Below, in pieces: positions 61,766 through 64,000 of a DNA stretch of 64,000 nucleotides. Each line of letters opens with the position of its first letter. Position 1 is the stretch's first letter. This stretch comes from Leucoraja erinacea (taxonomy: Eukaryota): positions 57,412,001-57,476,000 of the forward strand of contig NC_073382.1 of NCBI RefSeq assembly GCF_028641065.1. The letters are read 5' to 3'. The notes under the pieces are model-generated. The model was not told the origin of the DNA and made no database searches. It saw nothing but the letters and a program-made list of their open reading frames with translations. Both the position numbers and the translations under genes were made by a program.

Positions 61766-62030
61766 GGCCCTTCGATGTGATCATGGCTGATCATCCCCAA
61801 TCAGTACCCCGTTCCTGCCTTCTCCCCATATCCCCCTGACTCTGCTATTTTTAAGAGCCCTATTTAGCTCTCTCTTGAAAGCATCCAGAGAACCTGCCTC
61901 CACCGCCCTCTGAGGCAGATAATTCCACAGACTCACCACTCTCTGTGAGAAAAAGTGTTTCCTCGTCTCAGTTCTAAATGGCTTACTCCTTATTCTTAAA
62001 CTGTGGCCCCTGGTTCTGGACTCCCCCAAC
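61766..62030 (-). mobile_element. CR1 3' fragment
   Basis: ESRTRGHSLRIR..FFSQRVVSLWN, close to 11280-11540. Confidence 0.9.
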
Positions 62031-63012
62031 AATAGTCTATTGTGTATTGTCTATCGTATCCATATTCACCAAAGTTGAAAATTCTAAATTGTGTCAAATA
62101 AAATGTATTTCGTTTGACACTTTGTGTCAAAGTTACTCCAGCACGTTGTGTCTTTTTGGAAACCAGCATCTGCAGTTCCTTATGTTTACATGTAAATGTC
62201 CAAGGATAGAAGGAGCCATCAACAATGCTATTAAATTGTACTTTCCCACCAAAACAACCGTATATTATTGCTGAGTTAGGGCTCAGCCAGAACAACTTAT
62301 CTTCAGGCCACATTGCTAGCTTAGTGCAGACATAGAAGTGAACTCAGAAATTCTGAGGTAATTAACGTAATTTGACAACAAGGAGGCATTTTATCGAGTA
62401 TGGGATCAAAGATTTCTTTGTAAAACCAATCAAAAGGGTTCGGGGACAAAATTGCCCACAGGCTGAGACGTACCTTGAAGAAAAATGGCAGTTGTCCAAA
62501 GAAAATTATCAGAGAAATTTTTCAGGACATTGTCCTTTGCTCAAGTGCTTTCAATTTCCTCGTCAATGATCTTCTAAGATTCAGAGTGAAGAGGTCTGAT
62601 CGCTGAAGACCAATTTTAATAGTGGAAACCAACTTGAATAGACCAGGGGTGAAGGAACTCACAAAACATAGTTCTCAATTCAACATGGCAGATATAGAAC
62701 ACCACTATTTTGGGTGGTGTACCCAGTTGAACTGCTGGATGGCTGAGGAAGGGGAAAAATGGATTCACATGGTATTTGGACAGTGTAGACACCATACAAA
62801 AATAATTGTGTAGATTTAGTGATTTAATTTTGAGTAAAGTAGATAACAATGAATTAAGAAAAGACTAGTATTCAAATGCAAGAAGATGCAACATATACGA
62901 TTTCTCACAGTTCATGTAGAATCAATAATTTAGCTTGGATTTCAAGTTCCACAATGTTCTTAATTGATTAGTATCAGCCATTACACTGTAACCAATATAC
63001 AATTATTATTAA

Positions 63013-63253
63013 GGAGTAAAAACAAGGAACTCCAGATGCTGATTAATACACAAAAGGGCGCAAAGAGCTGGTGTAACTCAGCAGGTCAGGCAGCATCTCT
63101 GGAGAATATGGGTAGATGACGTTTTGTGTTGAGATCGTTCTTCAGACCCATCATCTGAAGAAGGGTCTCGACCTGAAATGTCACCCATCCGTTCTCCAGA
63201 GATGCTGCCTGGCCCGCTGACTTATGTCAGCACTTTGCGCCCTTTTGCACACC
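63013..63253. mobile_element. Head-to-head Penelope-derived palindrome with 9-bp TSD
   Basis: TATTATTAA at 63004-63012 and 63254-63262; core CTGAAGAAGGGTCTCGACCTGAAATGTC at 63155-63182. Confidence 0.75.
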
Positions 63254-63324
63254 TATTATTAAATGACTTGAAATGTTCTACTGATCTCAAATGCATTTGC
63301 AATTTTGTTTAACGTAAGCAGGAT

Positions 63325-63865
63325 TTATAAGTTCATAAGCAGAATTAGTTCATTCAGCCCATCCAGTCTACTCCGCCATTCAATCATGGTTGATCTATCT
63401 TTCCCTCTCAACCCCATTCTCCTATCTTCTCTCCATAACCCCGGACACCCTTACTAATCAAGAATCTGTCAATCTGCGCCTTAAAGCTTCTCAGGGGCTT
63501 TGTGTGATGTCTGGAACTCTTGAGTGTCTGGATTATTTCATAGTAAAGATTGAAGACTGATAGCTACAACCAATTTCTGATGCTTTGTATACGTACAGTG
63601 AGCACCATCTTCCATTTATATTGCCTAAATCGTCTTTGTGGAATTGTTTGCCACAGATGGCTGTGGAGGACAAGTCAATTGATATACAGTATTTAAGGCA
63701 GAGATAAATAGATTCTTGATTCGTATGTGTGTCCGAGGTTATGGGGAGAAGGCAGGAGAATTGGGTTTGGAGGGAGAGATAGATCAGTCATGATTGAATG
63801 GCGGAGTAGACTTGATGGGCCAAATGGCCTAATTCTGCTTCGATCACTTATGATCTTATGATCTA
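63325..63865. mobile_element. Two CR1 tails in inverted orientation (63325-63485 -, 63640-63865 +)
   Basis: GCAGAATTAG..CATTCAGCCCATC..GTCTACTCCGCCATTCAATCATG versus its reverse complement at 63790-63840. Confidence 0.85.
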
Positions 63866-64000
63866 TGACACAAACTTGTATTTTATGATCATGAGGGAAA
63901 ACTTTAATTGTTCATTTTTAGTCACTTCAAGTGTTTAAACATCAACATGTTTGTGAAAACCCTGCCATTGATCTGTCTTTAGAAGCATGGCAACAAGCAC

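Overview
This is eukaryotic, repeat-dense, apparently non-coding DNA (intergenic or deep intronic). The repeat families (HE1-like V-SINEs with CR1/HER1-type LINE partners, Deu-domain SINE relics, Penelope-derived palindromic mini-elements) point to a cartilaginous fish, probably a skate or ray; this is inferred from repeat content only. I recognise no host protein-coding exon, and every interpretable ORF is a broken retrotransposon frame. Main elements: (1) a near-full-length but dead L1-clade LINE (~40061-47432, +) carrying two nested insertions; (2) an inverted 3' copy of the same family (~15520-18616); (3) an L2 fragment (~29085-31075); (4) a shattered RTE/BovB-like fossil (~3920-7090); (5) a 2.4-kb TAA-flanked Harbinger-like non-autonomous element with a ~1.2-kb internal fold-back (24166-26558); (6) many CR1 and SINE fragments; (7) several repeat-free AT-rich islands that may be enhancers. 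The most interesting signal is roughly 20 short, often TSD-flanked, often head-to-head units carrying a minimal hammerhead-ribozyme core (CTGAAGA-A-GGGTC-TC-GACCC-GAAAC-GTC), i.e. retrozyme-like Penelope derivatives. Family names come from recalled motifs, not database searches, and most boundaries are approximate.
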